The notes: generated from the letters alone by a model not told the origin. A stretch of DNA of 64,000 bases from Eukaryota sp. GEM-RC1 (GCA_040285855.1 JAUFOQ010000004.1:1-64000), one strand, 5' to 3'. Counted from the stretch's first letter, positions 28,104 to 40,781 are shown. Numbers and translations are program-made.

Positions 28104-28865
28104 ACTGGTTAATTTACGTATCAATAAAAACACGTTCCAATCATAGTGGCACCCAGCAATACAATTTATTCTTTTCGATCCCTGCTCAGAGTCTGTACCA
28201 GGAAGCGGGAAGTCTTATCATGTAGTAGGTGGGACTGTAATGAACGTGGTATATGTACGTGACGAATCGCTGAAAAGTTGAAACATGCATATACATCACA
28301 TCATAGGAACCATTGAAGTAAATAAGTATTGATACCAACAGAAGAGCAAAGTAGAAAGATGGGTTGTGAAGTCTGAGCGTACATTATGATCAGAAGCGAA
28401 GCGGTGTCAAGATTTACAGTACGTTAAGAAGTATAATTAATGTTCTTATGCATGTATCTGAAAGGGTAACCGACTAAAAGATCTGACGGTCTACTACATG
28501 TAGTGGTTGATTTTCAGTCAGTAAATTTCAGCAGGACGTCTCAGTTTCTGACATTTTCACGAACCAAATTTTACCCAAAATATTGCAATATATTGCAATT
28601 ATTTATTGCAATCATCTCAGTTTCCAATATATTTATTGCAATGATCACATTTTCCAATATATTTATTGTACATTTTTATGCTAGAAATATATTGCAATAT
28701 ATTTTTTCGATCCCTGGTATAGACCAGACAACTTAATATTAAAGTGAAAGTCCAAAAGGGATTATAGATGTCAAAAATATGAAACAGTTGGTAACCTAAA
28801 CTAATTTCGTATCCATTTCAATAAATTCGATCGATATAGTGAATAATTTTATTTCTAATTTAGGT

Positions 28866-30016
28866 CTAAGGTCCGATGCGGGCTCTTTTTGCTGTGGGCA
28901 TTGGTGGTGCTTGTGATCTGGCTTTACGTTGCTGACGAACTTCATACTCGTGACTTTCTTCAACCTCCTGAGCTCCAATACAAACAGGAGCTGGCTCTGA
29001 AGTAAAGTAATGGTGATAAAGCGCATCTTTAGCAGAAATTCTCTGTTCTGGGTCTAATTTTAACAGAGACTCTAATAAATCAAGACAATCCTGTGGAATA
29101 TTTGAAAAATGTTCACGAAGTCTATTTTTCTTTGGAACACTACCTCCAAATGACTTGAACAGAGGTAATTGTTCTACATCTTTCCAACCACTATTAGCTG
29201 GCGACCCACACAGATCCCAGATCTTATTAACTGCCTCTGAATCAGTATTGCTTCTAAACACAGCTTCCCCAGTCAACAGTTCTGCAAAGATACATCCCAC
29301 ACTCCAAATGTCAATGGCATTTGTATAGCTACGGTCTCCTAAAAAGATTTCTGGAGCTCGATACCACCTAGTGACAACTTTGGGAGTCATTGCTCTTTTG
29401 AAGAAGCTTGTTTACCTGGGCATACCTTCCTGGCGAGACCAAAATCACACAATTTCAAATCTCCCTTTGCATTAATAAGAACATTACTCATCTTAATGTC
29501 TCGATGCAAAACTCCGTGAGAATGACAATGAGCAATACTTTGAAGAAGCTGGAGCATGATGAACTTAATAGCAGGTGGTGTGAACAAAGAGGATGAATTA
29601 GAAAGATTATGTAGGCCAGCAAGATCATGTTCACAGTATTCAAAGATAATGACAACAGCACCCTCCCCAGCAAAGTATTTTTCAGGAGTAGAAACAGCTA
29701 CTTCAATGAGGTTTACTATGCGAGGATGTTTGAGGTGCATCAGTAGAGAGATTTCACGGATGGCAGTTAGAGGAAAACCGTCCAGCTGGCGGTCACTCTG
29801 AGATTCGGGGTTTGCTCGAGAGAAGTCTGTACGGATTTTCTTCCATGCAACAACCATTTTGTCGGAGTTACGGTGGCATTTGTAGACCTTGCCATAAGTT
29901 CCTTCACCAATTTGTTTATCTATTTTATAGTTTTCTACTGGAGAGCAACCCCAATGAGCAGCAGTTTGAGCCAGTATTTTAGAACGAACAAAAGGATTCT
30001 CAACTCGAGAAGTCAT
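28866..30016 (-). CDS. Cyclin-dependent kinase (CDK9/12/CDKC-like); frame break at ~29395
   Basis: IGEGTYGKV, GFPLTAIREI, HRDIKMSN, CDFGLAR, MTPKVVTRWYRAPE, DIWSVGCI. Confidence 0.93.
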
Positions 30017-30056
30017 TGAGAGAGATTAGTGTATTTGTTTGCTTTGACAGAACCAG

Positions 30057-33000
30057 ATGTCTCGTCTCTCACACATGGAGCTTATCTCTCCAGAGACTAT
30101 ATTGAACTCAGCAGACTTTCAACATCGCATTCGACCTTTCTCTGACCAGCAAAGAGCTGATATTACCTCTCTTGTTTCGTCTATTCTACATTATGCTACC
30201 GATACTTTAGTTTCTCGCAACAATATGCTTCAAACTGAATTGGATCGAGTACTTCGTGACTACACATCTTGTCAAAGGTCTCTGTCCAAACTTCAAGCTG
30301 AATTTGAAGCTAAAGAACAGGACACCAGTGCATCTTTATCCGCTGCCTCTGAAGCAGTACGTGTCTACTCATCTCAACTCGATTCTGCAAAGTCAGAGCT
30401 TTCCTCTGTCCAACATCAACTCTCTGAGTCCCAACGTGTCATGTCTTCTAATCCCCCCACTGATCTTCCAAGTGCCACTGAAATGTACTTTAAACTTCAG
30501 GAAGTTTCTGAGAAAGCTCTTAATGAGGAAAAAGAACGCAAAAAGTTAGAACAATATCTCAACGAGATTCTTGAGACTCTAGAAGAAAAACAAGTTCTTT
30601 TGAACCAGTCTTTTGCCGCCACCCAATCCTTATCTGAGACCCAAAGAATATCACTACATACTGAAGCTCTTCATTACAAGGAGAAATCTGAGGTTCAAGC
30701 TGATACTATTGAAAAATTAAAAATTCAAATAGCTCATTTGCTAACTAAGAAAGGTCATGGTTCCACAGTTCCTGGTCGGACTGAAGTGCTGGTCTACAGT
30801 GATTACTACGAAGCTGTCGATACCAATGCTGAACTATTACAAGAAGTAGCTTCTCTAAAACGACTGACGAATTCCCAAGAAGATAAGGTCAGAATACATG
30901 ATCTTGAACAAACACTGCAAGAAACACGGCGACTGTATGAACAATATAAAGAAGAAGTTCAGATGTTGAACAGAAAGGTATATGAGTTGGAATCAGAATT
31001 AGATTATTACACTGAATCTACTCAAGATTTGTCAAAAACACGTGTAGGTCGACAGGTTTCAGTATCTGCACCTGAATTTATCAAATTGAAGGAGTCCAAC
31101 AGACACTTGGAGACTGTAAAGAAAGAATTGGAGCAAAGTCGTCAAAGTTTAATTGAAAATATTGAAATTTTAAGTCAGAATTTGGCTGGTGTTCGGACTG
31201 ATAACAGTGACTTAAGAAGAGAATCCAATGACCAACGGGCTGCTTTAGGTTCAATGCAGAAGGAATTCCAATCGTTGATGTCAAAGTACAATGATTTGGT
31301 TTCAAGTAAAGCTAGTGTTGATAAAGCTTTATCAGAATCTTTCAACCAGTTGGCTACGAAGAAGATTGAAGTGGAGCATTTGGAGAAGGTTTTGGAAGAT
31401 GTTGGAGCTGAACGGCACGAATTGGCTCAGAAAGTATTTAAATTGGAGCTTTCCCTTCAAAAAGAAACTCAGAGAGCTCAACATTCGTCATCAACAGTGG
31501 TAAGTTTGATTGATGAAATTGAAACCTTAAAGAAACAACTTGACCAGAGGTCTACGGAAATCAATGATTTGAGATCCACTATTTATGACCTCAGATCACA
31601 ACCTCAACCAATGACAGATGCTGCTTGTGAAGATCAATCTGAAATCATTGGTGATTTGCAATCGCAATTAGCGTCTCTAAATGAGGAAATTGGTCAAAAA
31701 TCAGATGAAATCCGGTCAATCTCTGAATCCAATGATGATTTGATTAGCCAGACGAGATCACTAACTGCCCTGATTGACCAGTTTAAAACAAAAGAGGAAA
31801 GAACAACTCAAATGATTGATAATCTCAGAGATCGTATTTCCGCTCTGACTGCTGAAAACACCAATTATCAGACCCAAATTCAAAATTGTCTATCTGATTC
31901 AGAATCTAAACTACAAAGGATCAGTGATTTAACTAACGAAGTCAACTCTCTTCAATCACGTTTGCATGAATCCTCAGAACAAATTTCAAATTTGACCCGA
32001 ATTTTCGCAGAGAAGGATGCTTCACATGAAGAAGAAATCGTCATGCTTGAAAATTCAATCAAAAGTTTAACTGAAAGACAATCACGACTCGATTGTCACG
32101 TCAACTCTCTCAATGATTCAATCAGAAGTTTGCAGCAAGAAAAGGCTGTACTACAATCTCAAATAGATGGTCAACCGCTTTCTGATGTTTTCCAACAATC
32201 GATGGACAATTTTGAAGAGGAAAGACTGTCGTGGCAGTCAGAAATCCAAGTGTTAAATGAAACAATTGCTAAAATTTCGCGGGAACTTTCCGAAAAAGAC
32301 AAACAACTGGTCACAATAAGGGCTAAAGTCGTTACTCATGATTTCACTGTACAACAACATGGTGATGTGTTAACTAGAAATTCTGAACTTTTGGAACAAG
32401 TTTCGAATCTAAATGCAAAAATTCAAGAACTGATGGATGAGATTGCTGAAAAATCATCAGAAATCGAGTCACTAACTGTTGAAAAACACTCACTGGCGTC
32501 CTCAATCAATCAGCTCAAAACAGAAAGAGACGAATTGACATTAAAATCTGATGATGTCTCCGAGAAACTTTCTGCAAAGGAAACTGAATATAACGAGCTC
32601 AAACAAAAGTTCATATCTGTTCGAGACAATGCTTCCAAGTGGAAGAATCGAGCTCGTGAGTTACAGGAAAAGAAACCTACTGCTTCATCTGAAGAACTTA
32701 AAGAAGAACTGGAGTCCCTTAACAAAACTGTGATTAAGTTAAGAGATTTATCCAAGTTAAAGCAAAATTTAGTAGTTGCTCTTAGAAAACAAGTTTCTTC
32801 TTTGAAAGCTGAAAGACCCAAGACTGAGAAGAAGGAAGTGGCAGAGAAACAAAAAGCTGAAAGAACGGTGGAAGTTGAACATCCAATGGTTTCAGAAGAA
32901 CCACCACAAGTTTCTGAAGGAGGATTCTTCTTTGAACCCTCTTCACCTGTTAAATTCCCTGCTTTTCCTTCTGCAGTGCCTTCAGGACCTGAAGCTGGAG

Positions 33001-33497
33001 GATTTGTCTTTGGTGATAACAGAGAAATGTCTGATGAAGACTTCTTTTACATATCTTCAGGATCAGACTTAAGTGATTATGATGGTTCATATGAAGAGGA
33101 AGCTATGGAACAAGATATAGCAAACGGATTTACTTATGAAATTGATAATTTCCTGTCAGAACCTGTTTCTCCTCCAACTGAACCAACTCTACCAACAGAT
33201 GGTTTTCATTATACCAAGCCTCAACCTCAACCATTTGTGTTTGAAGCTCAACCCCTCGTTAGTCCTTTAGCAGTTGAAGTACCAGAAGAACCTGTTTCTG
33301 GTGGATTTTCTTATAGACCTTCAACTGGTTTCTATTATGAGCCCAACTATCTTGGAGTCGATCCTGTTGAACCTCCGGAGTCTGGTTTGGAAGCTTTTGG
33401 TGGCTATGTTCATATAGACAAGGGTATAAATGAAAGGAAACAGAAACTTTTGGAGGATTTAATGGGAAGTTCTGATCAAACATCTGAATCTGATTAA
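30057..33497 (+). CDS. Long coiled-coil protein, probable TPR/Mlp1/NUA nuclear-basket nucleoporin
   Basis: EKERKKLEQYLNEILETLEEK and LVYSDYYEAVDTNAELL resemble conserved TPR blocks; acidic disordered C-terminus. Confidence 0.6.
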   Translation: MSRLSHMELISPETILNSADFQHRIRPFSDQQRADITSLVSSILHYATDTLVSRNNMLQTELDRVLRDYTSCQRSLSKLQAEFEAKEQDTSASLSAASEAVRVYSSQLDSAKSELSSVQHQLSESQRVMSSNPPTDLPSATEMYFKLQEVSEKALNEEKERKKLEQYLNEILETLEEKQVLLNQSFAATQSLSETQRISLHTEALHYKEKSEVQADTIEKLKIQIAHLLTKKGHGSTVPGRTEVLVYSDYYEAVDTNAELLQEVASLKRLTNSQEDKVRIHDLEQTLQETRRLYEQYKEEVQMLNRKVYELESELDYYTESTQDLSKTRVGRQVSVSAPEFIKLKESNRHLETVKKELEQSRQSLIENIEILSQNLAGVRTDNSDLRRESNDQRAALGSMQKEFQSLMSKYNDLVSSKASVDKALSESFNQLATKKIEVEHLEKVLEDVGAERHELAQKVFKLELSLQKETQRAQHSSSTVVSLIDEIETLKKQLDQRSTEINDLRSTIYDLRSQPQPMTDAACEDQSEIIGDLQSQLASLNEEIGQKSDEIRSISESNDDLISQTRSLTALIDQFKTKEERTTQMIDNLRDRISALTAENTNYQTQIQNCLSDSESKLQRISDLTNEVNSLQSRLHESSEQISNLTRIFAEKDASHEEEIVMLENSIKSLTERQSRLDCHVNSLNDSIRSLQQEKAVLQSQIDGQPLSDVFQQSMDNFEEERLSWQSEIQVLNETIAKISRELSEKDKQLVTIRAKVVTHDFTVQQHGDVLTRNSELLEQVSNLNAKIQELMDEIAEKSSEIESLTVEKHSLASSINQLKTERDELTLKSDDVSEKLSAKETEYNELKQKFISVRDNASKWKNRARELQEKKPTASSEELKEELESLNKTVIKLRDLSKLKQNLVVALRKQVSSLKAERPKTEKKEVAEKQKAERTVEVEHPMVSEEPPQVSEGGFFFEPSSPVKFPAFPSAVPSGPEAGGFVFGDNREMSDEDFFYISSGSDLSDYDGSYEEEAMEQDIANGFTYEIDNFLSEPVSPPTEPTLPTDGFHYTKPQPQPFVFEAQPLVSPLAVEVPEEPVSGGFSYRPSTGFYYEPNYLGVDPVEPPESGLEAFGGYVHIDKGINERKQKLLEDLMGSSDQTSESD

Positions 33498-34892
33498 GTT
33501 TTGATAGCAGTATATAAATTATTGTGTTTTAAATTTCTGTTTTTGTTTAGGAGAATTCAAGCAAGGATTCTGGCATGTAATTTCCTTGACAAAATTCGTC
33601 TTCCGTTTTTTAAGGTACTTTACAACTAATTCCAGTGTAGATTATTTCTATTGTCTGATGTAAACATACTGTAATCTGTGGATTTCGTTTTGAATGCATA
33701 ACTACTGATCATTACACATTCACAATAGTGTAATTCCAAACTTATTTTGGGAGACCCAATGAGACCAACCACAGACGCTCCTAGACTAATGAGTTCTGGT
33801 CTCTGTTGAGACATCATCTTCCCTCTAGGAGCAATACATGAAATACAGAAAGAAAACTATTATCTATACGAACTACTGATGGTACAGACTTCTTTAAGTC
33901 AACTAGAAGCAGCTTCAGCTGTGAACCAGTATACGCGGAGTAAGGCAATGTTCAGCTGGATGCCATCCCAATGCAGGCACTAGTAAAGCCCTGAACAAGA
34001 CGCATCCAGCAATTGCAGGTACATTTGATGATTTGAGTGAATCTTTCGGTATATTTGTTGTCCCAGGATTCTCTGGGGGAAGCTGACGGTTAAAGCTTAC
34101 CATATACCAGGCATACAGACATGGGACAGAGATAAGTAAGTATCAAATTCACTTTTCTGAAATACACAGACACCATGACCTAAGTTTGACTCACTTAAAA
34201 CAGTAAGTTAGACAGTCTTATTCTTAAAACACTGTGCTTTTCGGGATAGACTATATACACCGCACGACATTTTACTATCCACACTATGTCGTGTCCCAAG
34301 CTGATTTCTCTTGCATCATTCTTCCCTGTACATATCAAACACATATTGGTTTATTAACTAAAGAAATGATATCCCCTCTACGCTTTAAAGAGGGGATAGA
34401 CTCTGGTCCCTTTAATCACGCCTTTTGTTCTTCCTCGTAACGCTTTGCATGTTGAAGAAACTTTCTTTTGAGCTCTTCGTCTTGTCCATTAACTTGGTTC
34501 ATCATTTCGATAATCAGTTTCTCAGTCTATTCTTCTTGTGGGATGCTAGTTCACCATCTACCTGTTTTGCACGAAATGAAGACAAATTTTGCTACGTTTC
34601 TCGCATCACTACTAATTTTCATACCTCCACAAATCAGATGTCTCAAAATTCCCGAACTGTCACAGAAAATGTATTTATATCGTGCTAAATACTCTCACCA
34701 ATTAATGTCAATTTAATCTTCTTTGTTTCCAAATAGTATACAGTAATTTTTATGTCAAACAATTGTTCATCTAAGACCTGTGGGTGCTGAGACACAAGTT
34801 TCAAATCACCGGTGAGGCAACCTTCATAGTCACCAAATTGATACCCAAAAGTTCTTATTTTGAGATTGACGCAGACCCAAAATAAGTCAAAC

Positions 34893-35237
34893 TAGGAATG
34901 TCAAATAGTTCAGTTCAGTTCCAAAATGGTGTGACCTGAACTGATTGAACTGTGTGTGTCAAACATACTTGAGCAAGCCTTCGGTTTTGTTTTCTATTCA
35001 TCCTATTACTCGTTATAGCGACTCGGGTTCGAATATATCGATAACTTAAAACTAATTAGAAGCTGGTGTGGAAAAATGAACTTTATTACACTCATCAAGA
35101 GTGTAATCAAACAGGTAAGCAATCAAATGATTGGAGCAAATCATTTCTTAGATAAATATACAAGGATAATAAACAATAGAAAAGAAGATCAGTTCATTCA
35201 GTTCGTGTCAACTGAACTGAGCTAATTAACATTCTTA
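34893..35237. mobile_element. hAT-type MITE (TAGGAATG family, GTTCA subterminal repeats)
   Basis: TIR TAGGAATGT...ACATTCTTA; perfect TSD AGTCAAAC. Confidence 0.88.
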
Positions 35238-35939
35238 AGTCAAACACTGTGAAGCTATTGTACCAATGCCACGAGAAATATAATAACAACTTGCTAAAAT
35301 ACAAATTATTGGTGTAGTCAAACAAAGTTACCTATGACGAGGACCAAAATAAATATCAATATATACTCTCTGAAACACTAAACATGGAGAATTCCTGATC
35401 ATCAGTACCAAAGTTGGTATAAAAATCAGTGACAATTGATTTACTAAATTTTAAGTAACGATCGGAACAGATACAAAATTAAACGGTTTTGCCAATTTGA
35501 CATGTTTAATGTTTTATTCTGGGGCTTACACATAGGCCCAAATGATGTTAATTTATGAAGGCTCCTGACAAAGATGGCTTCAACGAGATCAATTCCTGAT
35601 GTTTCCAGTATTGTATTTTATAGAACAGAAACTACATGTAGTTCTCCAAACATTGTGTTGAGGCCAAGTTACAAGTTTCTGTTCATGTAATAATTTGGAA
35701 TCATAGATTGATTCCGGACTGTTCAAGTTCCTTGAATTAGTTTCCGTATATTTCAGTTTACGGTATTTTATGGAACCATATTTAATTTTTAGACAACATT
35801 GCCACACAGTATGTAAAACACACAATTTTTGTTCTTAATGATGGGCTACTGTCTTTTGTGAATATATATTTTATGTTTTGACTAAAGATAACAATAAGTA
35901 GGATAAGATATCAACTTGAACAAATTTTCCATAACTTTC

Positions 35940-36380
35940 GCATCTTTCAGATCAACGCCATGCTACTCAGAAACGTGATGGTTTTATTGCCGTTGGTTGT
36001 CATGCCAGTAAATTGTAGTTGATTTTACGACTGTTGACCCTTGAAAATTTTGAGCTATGGCTTATATTTTGAATCCTTCAAATGATCTGCTGAACAACGC
36101 TGAGAATGCTAAACTGTGTCAAAGTCCATACATAATTGATGTATTGAATCCACGAAGACACAATAATTTTGTCTTGCAACCCTCTGCGGTATTTTTATAA
36201 GGAAATTGCGGTTCTCCTGCTAAGGAGTTTTTAAATTTATTTGAAAATTTGTGTTCAGAATTTGGTAAGAAGTTCAACAGATCGCACTGGAAGAGTATAT
36301 TTGCAGTTTCGATTTTTAAGTCAATGTATAGATATGGTGATTCCACTTTGGCCAAGTTGTTTATGGTATTTACTTTTCGG
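35940..36380 (+). mobile_element. Degenerate RLE-LINE 3' fragment
   Basis: VDFTTVD; LCSEFGKKFNRSHWKSIFAVSIFK. Confidence 0.65.
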
Positions 36381-36930
36381 AATTGGGTTCGAGTACAGTC
36401 TTCGCTAATAAACCTTCCTTACTTGAAGAATATAATTATTGAATGTCAGAAAAATAGTCAGATGACAATAAGATACCTATTTTTACATTGCTGCCTCCAC
36501 ATCATTAAAACAACATTCATTGCCATTGAAACTTATTGGTGTTGGTGTAATTTCAGACAACAAAAGACTGTTGATTTTCAACAGTGTTTGAAACCCACTC
36601 GGGTCGATATGAAAACCACCCGGTGGTACTTGGGTGGCAAATTTTGGTCTTACCATCATCTTCAATCCATGTCTTCCTCCTTACATACTTCGTTGTTCAA
36701 CGTGTCCTGAATACAATCATGTTAACATCAATTATTTCCAGGCTCGGATAGGCTAATATCATAAAGTACTTCATCGTTAGTTATTTTATATCACACTGCT
36801 AAAGTATTTTCAGTTTCATCGTATATGGTTTTTAAAGTAGTTTTTGCAACAAAGCTTATGTCTCGTTCTTTAATCCCGGTGACCATCCACCACCCGGATA
36901 GCGTCTGGGTGGAAAATTTTCGAACTTTCA

Positions 36931-37483
36931 ATGCCAACATTTAACCAACTTTACTCCACAATCCAAACAGTCCTATCATCTATGCCCACACATTCATACC
37001 CCCCTCCGATTGAAGGGCCATTTCCTCTTTCAGTTGACTATTGTCCTATCTGCAAACTTCCAACAGAATACTGTGAGTATGGTCCTACACCTGATACGTG
37101 TCTTGCTGGCCGATCTACAACTGGAGTCACAGGAAGAGGGAATATCTCAACCCACTTCTTCAAATCCAGTTGTTTCTCTTGGTACTGTTGCCCGTGGAAA
37201 GAAACGCAAGCTTACTAAAATAGCTGGTCTTAGCTCATTCACTTCATCAATGGCTGATGCTGCAAAGTTTTTCCGAAATCGATTTGCATGTGGTTGTAGT
37301 GTTGAGGGCGATGTTATAGAAATTCAGGGAGACTTTCTAGATGAGTGTGCAGACTTACTACAATCAGAGTTCTCTGTTCCTGAAGACTCTATTAGTTTCG
37401 AATCAGAAGAAGATCTTCAAAAGATTGTTCAACAGCTTTCATCAAAACCCTCGAAGAACTTGAGAAAGAAAAAGAAAAAGTGA
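36931..37483 (+). CDS. DENR: Density-regulated protein / Tma22 (Zn finger + SUI1 domain); +1 frame break near 37110
   Basis: YCPICKLPTEYCEYGP; RGKKRKLTKIAGL; AKFFRNRFACGCSV...IEIQGDF. Confidence 0.88.
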
Positions 37484-37538
37484 TAACAAGACAAATAAAG
37501 CAACGTTTATTAGCAGCTAAATACAATAATAATGTACA

Positions 37539-38157
37539 TTATAGGATATTACACGGTTTACTGGGCTTCTTCTTTGGCTTAAGAACTGTGTTGATAGCCG
37601 TGTCAAAAACATTTTTTACACCGAACTGAGTTTTGGCACTACACTCAACATATCGTTCAGCACCTATATCAGCTCGAAGTTGTTCACCCAAGTCTGTGTC
37701 AACAGGAGCTTCACCACGCTTTTTCAATTCATTTATAGTGTTTTCATCATATCTCAGGTCACGCTTGGTAGCCACCAGTATAATTGGAACATTGGGAGCG
37801 TGGTGACGGACTTCTACAGCCCATTTAGTCTTGACATTGTGATAAGAAGCAGGGTTATCAACGGAGAAACAGATGAGGAAGACATGAGCACCAGCTGCGG
37901 TGACGTTAGGAAGAGCACATACGGTATGATAGAGGTCGAAGCCTGTCGTACTCCTCTTGACCTGCGGTATCCCACATTGCAAGATTGACGGTACGCCCGT
38001 CGACATCCACACTAGTAAGATAGTTGTCAAACACGGTAGGGACGTGTTCTTCGGGAAAGACGTTTTCACCAAAAGTCCATAGAAGAGAAGTTTTACCTAC
38101 AGCTCCGTCGCCAATAACGACAGTCTTAATGTGGGCAGCATTGTTATTTGAGGACAT
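37539..38157 (-). CDS. Rho-family (Rac-like) GTPase with one 28-nt intron (37895-37922)
   Basis: [38 protein letters not shown] after splicing, ECSAK, CAAX box CNIL. Confidence 0.95.
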
Positions 38158-38807
38158 GAGAAAGTAAAGGTTTGCAGAAAAATTGACTTTCTCATGCTAC
38201 TTAACCTAACTCCCTGAGTTGTGTGCAAATTCACTGCATTTGTGAGCAAATTGACTTTAACACAAAAACTTCCTCACACAAAAAATTCTGACATTGACTT
38301 GCGTGACCTTAAGTGTCATGCATCGGACGATACCAATGTTCGAGCCATCTACACTTACTTGAGGTTTGGGAAACCCAAGTTGAAGTAGCGAAGTACTTCT
38401 TAATAGAATAAATCCATTTTGTCACAGTGGTTGTTGAACGCTTTTGTTCCAATAACCGATTCCGATGTTCATACAAGAGTCACTCTGTTAGCAGATGACA
38501 TTGTGTTTATAAACGATGTTCTAGAACACCAATATTTGTAATATCTTTATTTATAGGAACAGTCACTGGTCACTGGTCATTCATCAAAGGGATAATAGTG
38601 GACATTTGTGACTACATGTACAACATTTGGTGATACAACATTTGGTGATACATGTACAACATTTGTAATGACAACATTTGTAACTACAACATTTGGTGAG
38701 AATCAATCTCAATCAACGTGTCGTATGTGTATTGAATTGTTTTTGATCATAATTTTTTTCTTCTGTACGTAATGCAGTTAAAAACAACCAATAAAATATA
38801 CAATCTC

Positions 38808-38870
38808 AATTTATCAAACTTAACGAACACTACTATATGATATAGTAGTGTTAGTTAAGTTTGATAAATT
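38808..38870. repeat. 63-bp near-perfect palindrome
   Basis: 31-bp arms AATTTATCAAACTTAACgAACACTACTATAT, one mismatch, 1-nt loop. Confidence 0.9.
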
Positions 38871-39049
38871 CTGTGACTACACTACTTGTGATTCAGTTGT
38901 GATTGTAATATAGGTAAAATCATCTCTATAATACAGTAATGTTGCTTTAATGATATTGAGTTATACAGTGTAGTGCTTGTTCTTTTCTCACCGTTTCTGT
39001 TTTACAATTTTTAATTATAAACAAAAATTCAAAAATCACTTCATTTTCA

Positions 39050-40671
39050 TTTATTAAAATATTTTGAAAGTTTAGATTTTACAGTCCGTCTTAGCTCGGC
39101 TAAGGAAAAATATCCAGCTTTCGCTAATTTTTTAATTGATTTAAAGGAGAGTTCTGCTGTGGCATTAATTAATCAAATTCCACAAGTATGGTTCAGTGAT
39201 GCGAAAAAATTAATTTAATTATAATTAATTGAATTAATTCCCTGAGAATTAATTAATTCTAGCCGCTTAGAACTATAATTAATTAATTGTTACACCTTAG
39301 AATTATAATTAATTAACGGCAATTACTAGAATTAATTAAACAGAAGCCATTCCCTGTACTCATGCGTGTATGGCTTTAATGTCGGTTAACTCAAAGCCCT
39401 TGGAGAACGTAGATGTATGTTTTGCGAGGAAGACTCAGAGTAAGATTTATGAGAGTTGGGTAGTTCCTCCCCGAGATAGAAGTGTTTGGACAAGCTATGC
39501 TACTCCTTTAAGTCCTCCTGATGTAAAACGTGGCGTCGGAGCACCAACGAAGAAACGGCACCGTAGTGTGTATGAGTTTTAGTTTATTATCTTAGATATG
39601 TCAGCAAAAGTCATAATAAAGAAGCTTAGAAAGAAGGTTTATTCTTCACTGGTATATTTGATATGGGTATGGTAGTTTTGAAAAATAAAAATGTTGTCAC
39701 TGGTATTTTTGTGAAAGGCCCTAAAAAATTAATTCTAGTAATTGCCGTTAATTAATTATACTAGTAATTCTAAGGTGTAACAATTAATTAATTATAATTC
39801 TAAGCGGCTAGAATTAATTAATTATAGTTCTAAGCGGCTAGAATTAATTAATTCTCAGGGAATTAATTCAATTAATTATAATTAAATTAATTTTTTCGCA
39901 TCACTGATATGGTTTGTTATTAAATGATCATCAATGGACCACTACAATGAGGCTTCGTTGTTATTTATGGCCATATAATTTGTCAAATGATCTTCAATGT
40001 AGCTGTGGAAAACAATTAACGTTTCCTCATCTGTTAAGTTGTAATCGCTACATAACTTATCGAACGTGTATGCATGATGCTGTAAGAGATCAAATACATG
40101 CTATGTGTAAGTCTTACAAAATTGAGTCATTTGTTGAACCACTTTTAAGATCTTTAGAACCAAGTAATAATTGTAATGTCGAAAAACAGAACCAATTTTT
40201 TGGTAAACGGAGAGCAGATGTTGTTGTCCCTTCTTCTTCAGACAAAATGTTTGTTGTTGATGTAGTGTCGGTTGATGTTTGTAAAAAGACATCTTTAAAG
40301 AACGCTTCATCTGAAACTTCTCCTTTAGACATTTCTGAACAGGCCAAACAGGATAAGTACATAAAACCATTGATGGCTTTAAAACATGTAAAACATGTTG
40401 AGTACGAATTATGCCCTTTGCCGTTTCAATTTACGGACGTTTAGGAAAACGTGCATTGAATTTTTTAAACGATTTCGGAAAAATCGTAAAAAATAGGATG
40501 AACAAACGTTTTGATCATACGTCACGGTTGAATCGGATCGTTTTTACTGTTTTTAAAACAGTTCCCCTAATCATCTCCAAAGTTTTATTAGCAGTGAGTG
40601 CCTTTTATAAGGACAAAGCTGTTGTAAGGTTTGATAGCGACGGGTTTTGTTTTAATGACATCACATTTTAG
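39050..40671 (+). mobile_element. 5'-truncated RLE-LINE copy interrupted by a MITE
   Basis: VRLSSAKEKYPAFANFLIDLK...NQIPQ | LLNDHQWTTT...HDAVRD...RRADVVV...FNDITF*; close homologue of 24545-28103. Confidence 0.9.
39194..39906. mobile_element. Long-TIR foldback element (~145-bp AT-rich TIRs) carrying a MULE-like transposase fragment
   Basis: CAGTGATGCGAAAAAATT...TTTTTTCGCATCACTG; TSD gTATGGTT/aTATGGTT; internal IPCTHAC...PPDVKRGVGAPTKKR. Confidence 0.85.
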
Positions 40672-40781
40672 TTGTTTGATCTATAACATTTATAATAAAC
40701 TTTATTAAACGAAAAATTCAAAAAAAACTGAACCAAATGAGACGTTGAATCACTCTCCAACATAGTTTGTAGATGTATTTA

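Larger units (their letters stand above)
23464..28716. mobile_element. hAT-type element (outer), containing a nested hAT and a LINE
   Basis: TIR CAGGGATCGAAAAAA; perfect TSD GTATAGAC at 23456-23463 and 28717-28724; ATATTGCAAT subterminal repeats. Confidence 0.88.

Noticed and set aside
29392..29414. 23-nt GTAAAC...GAG intron in the CDK gene
   Set aside because: It would restore the frame but lacks the GTRTGT and branch-point pattern of the other introns; a single missing A explains the break equally well
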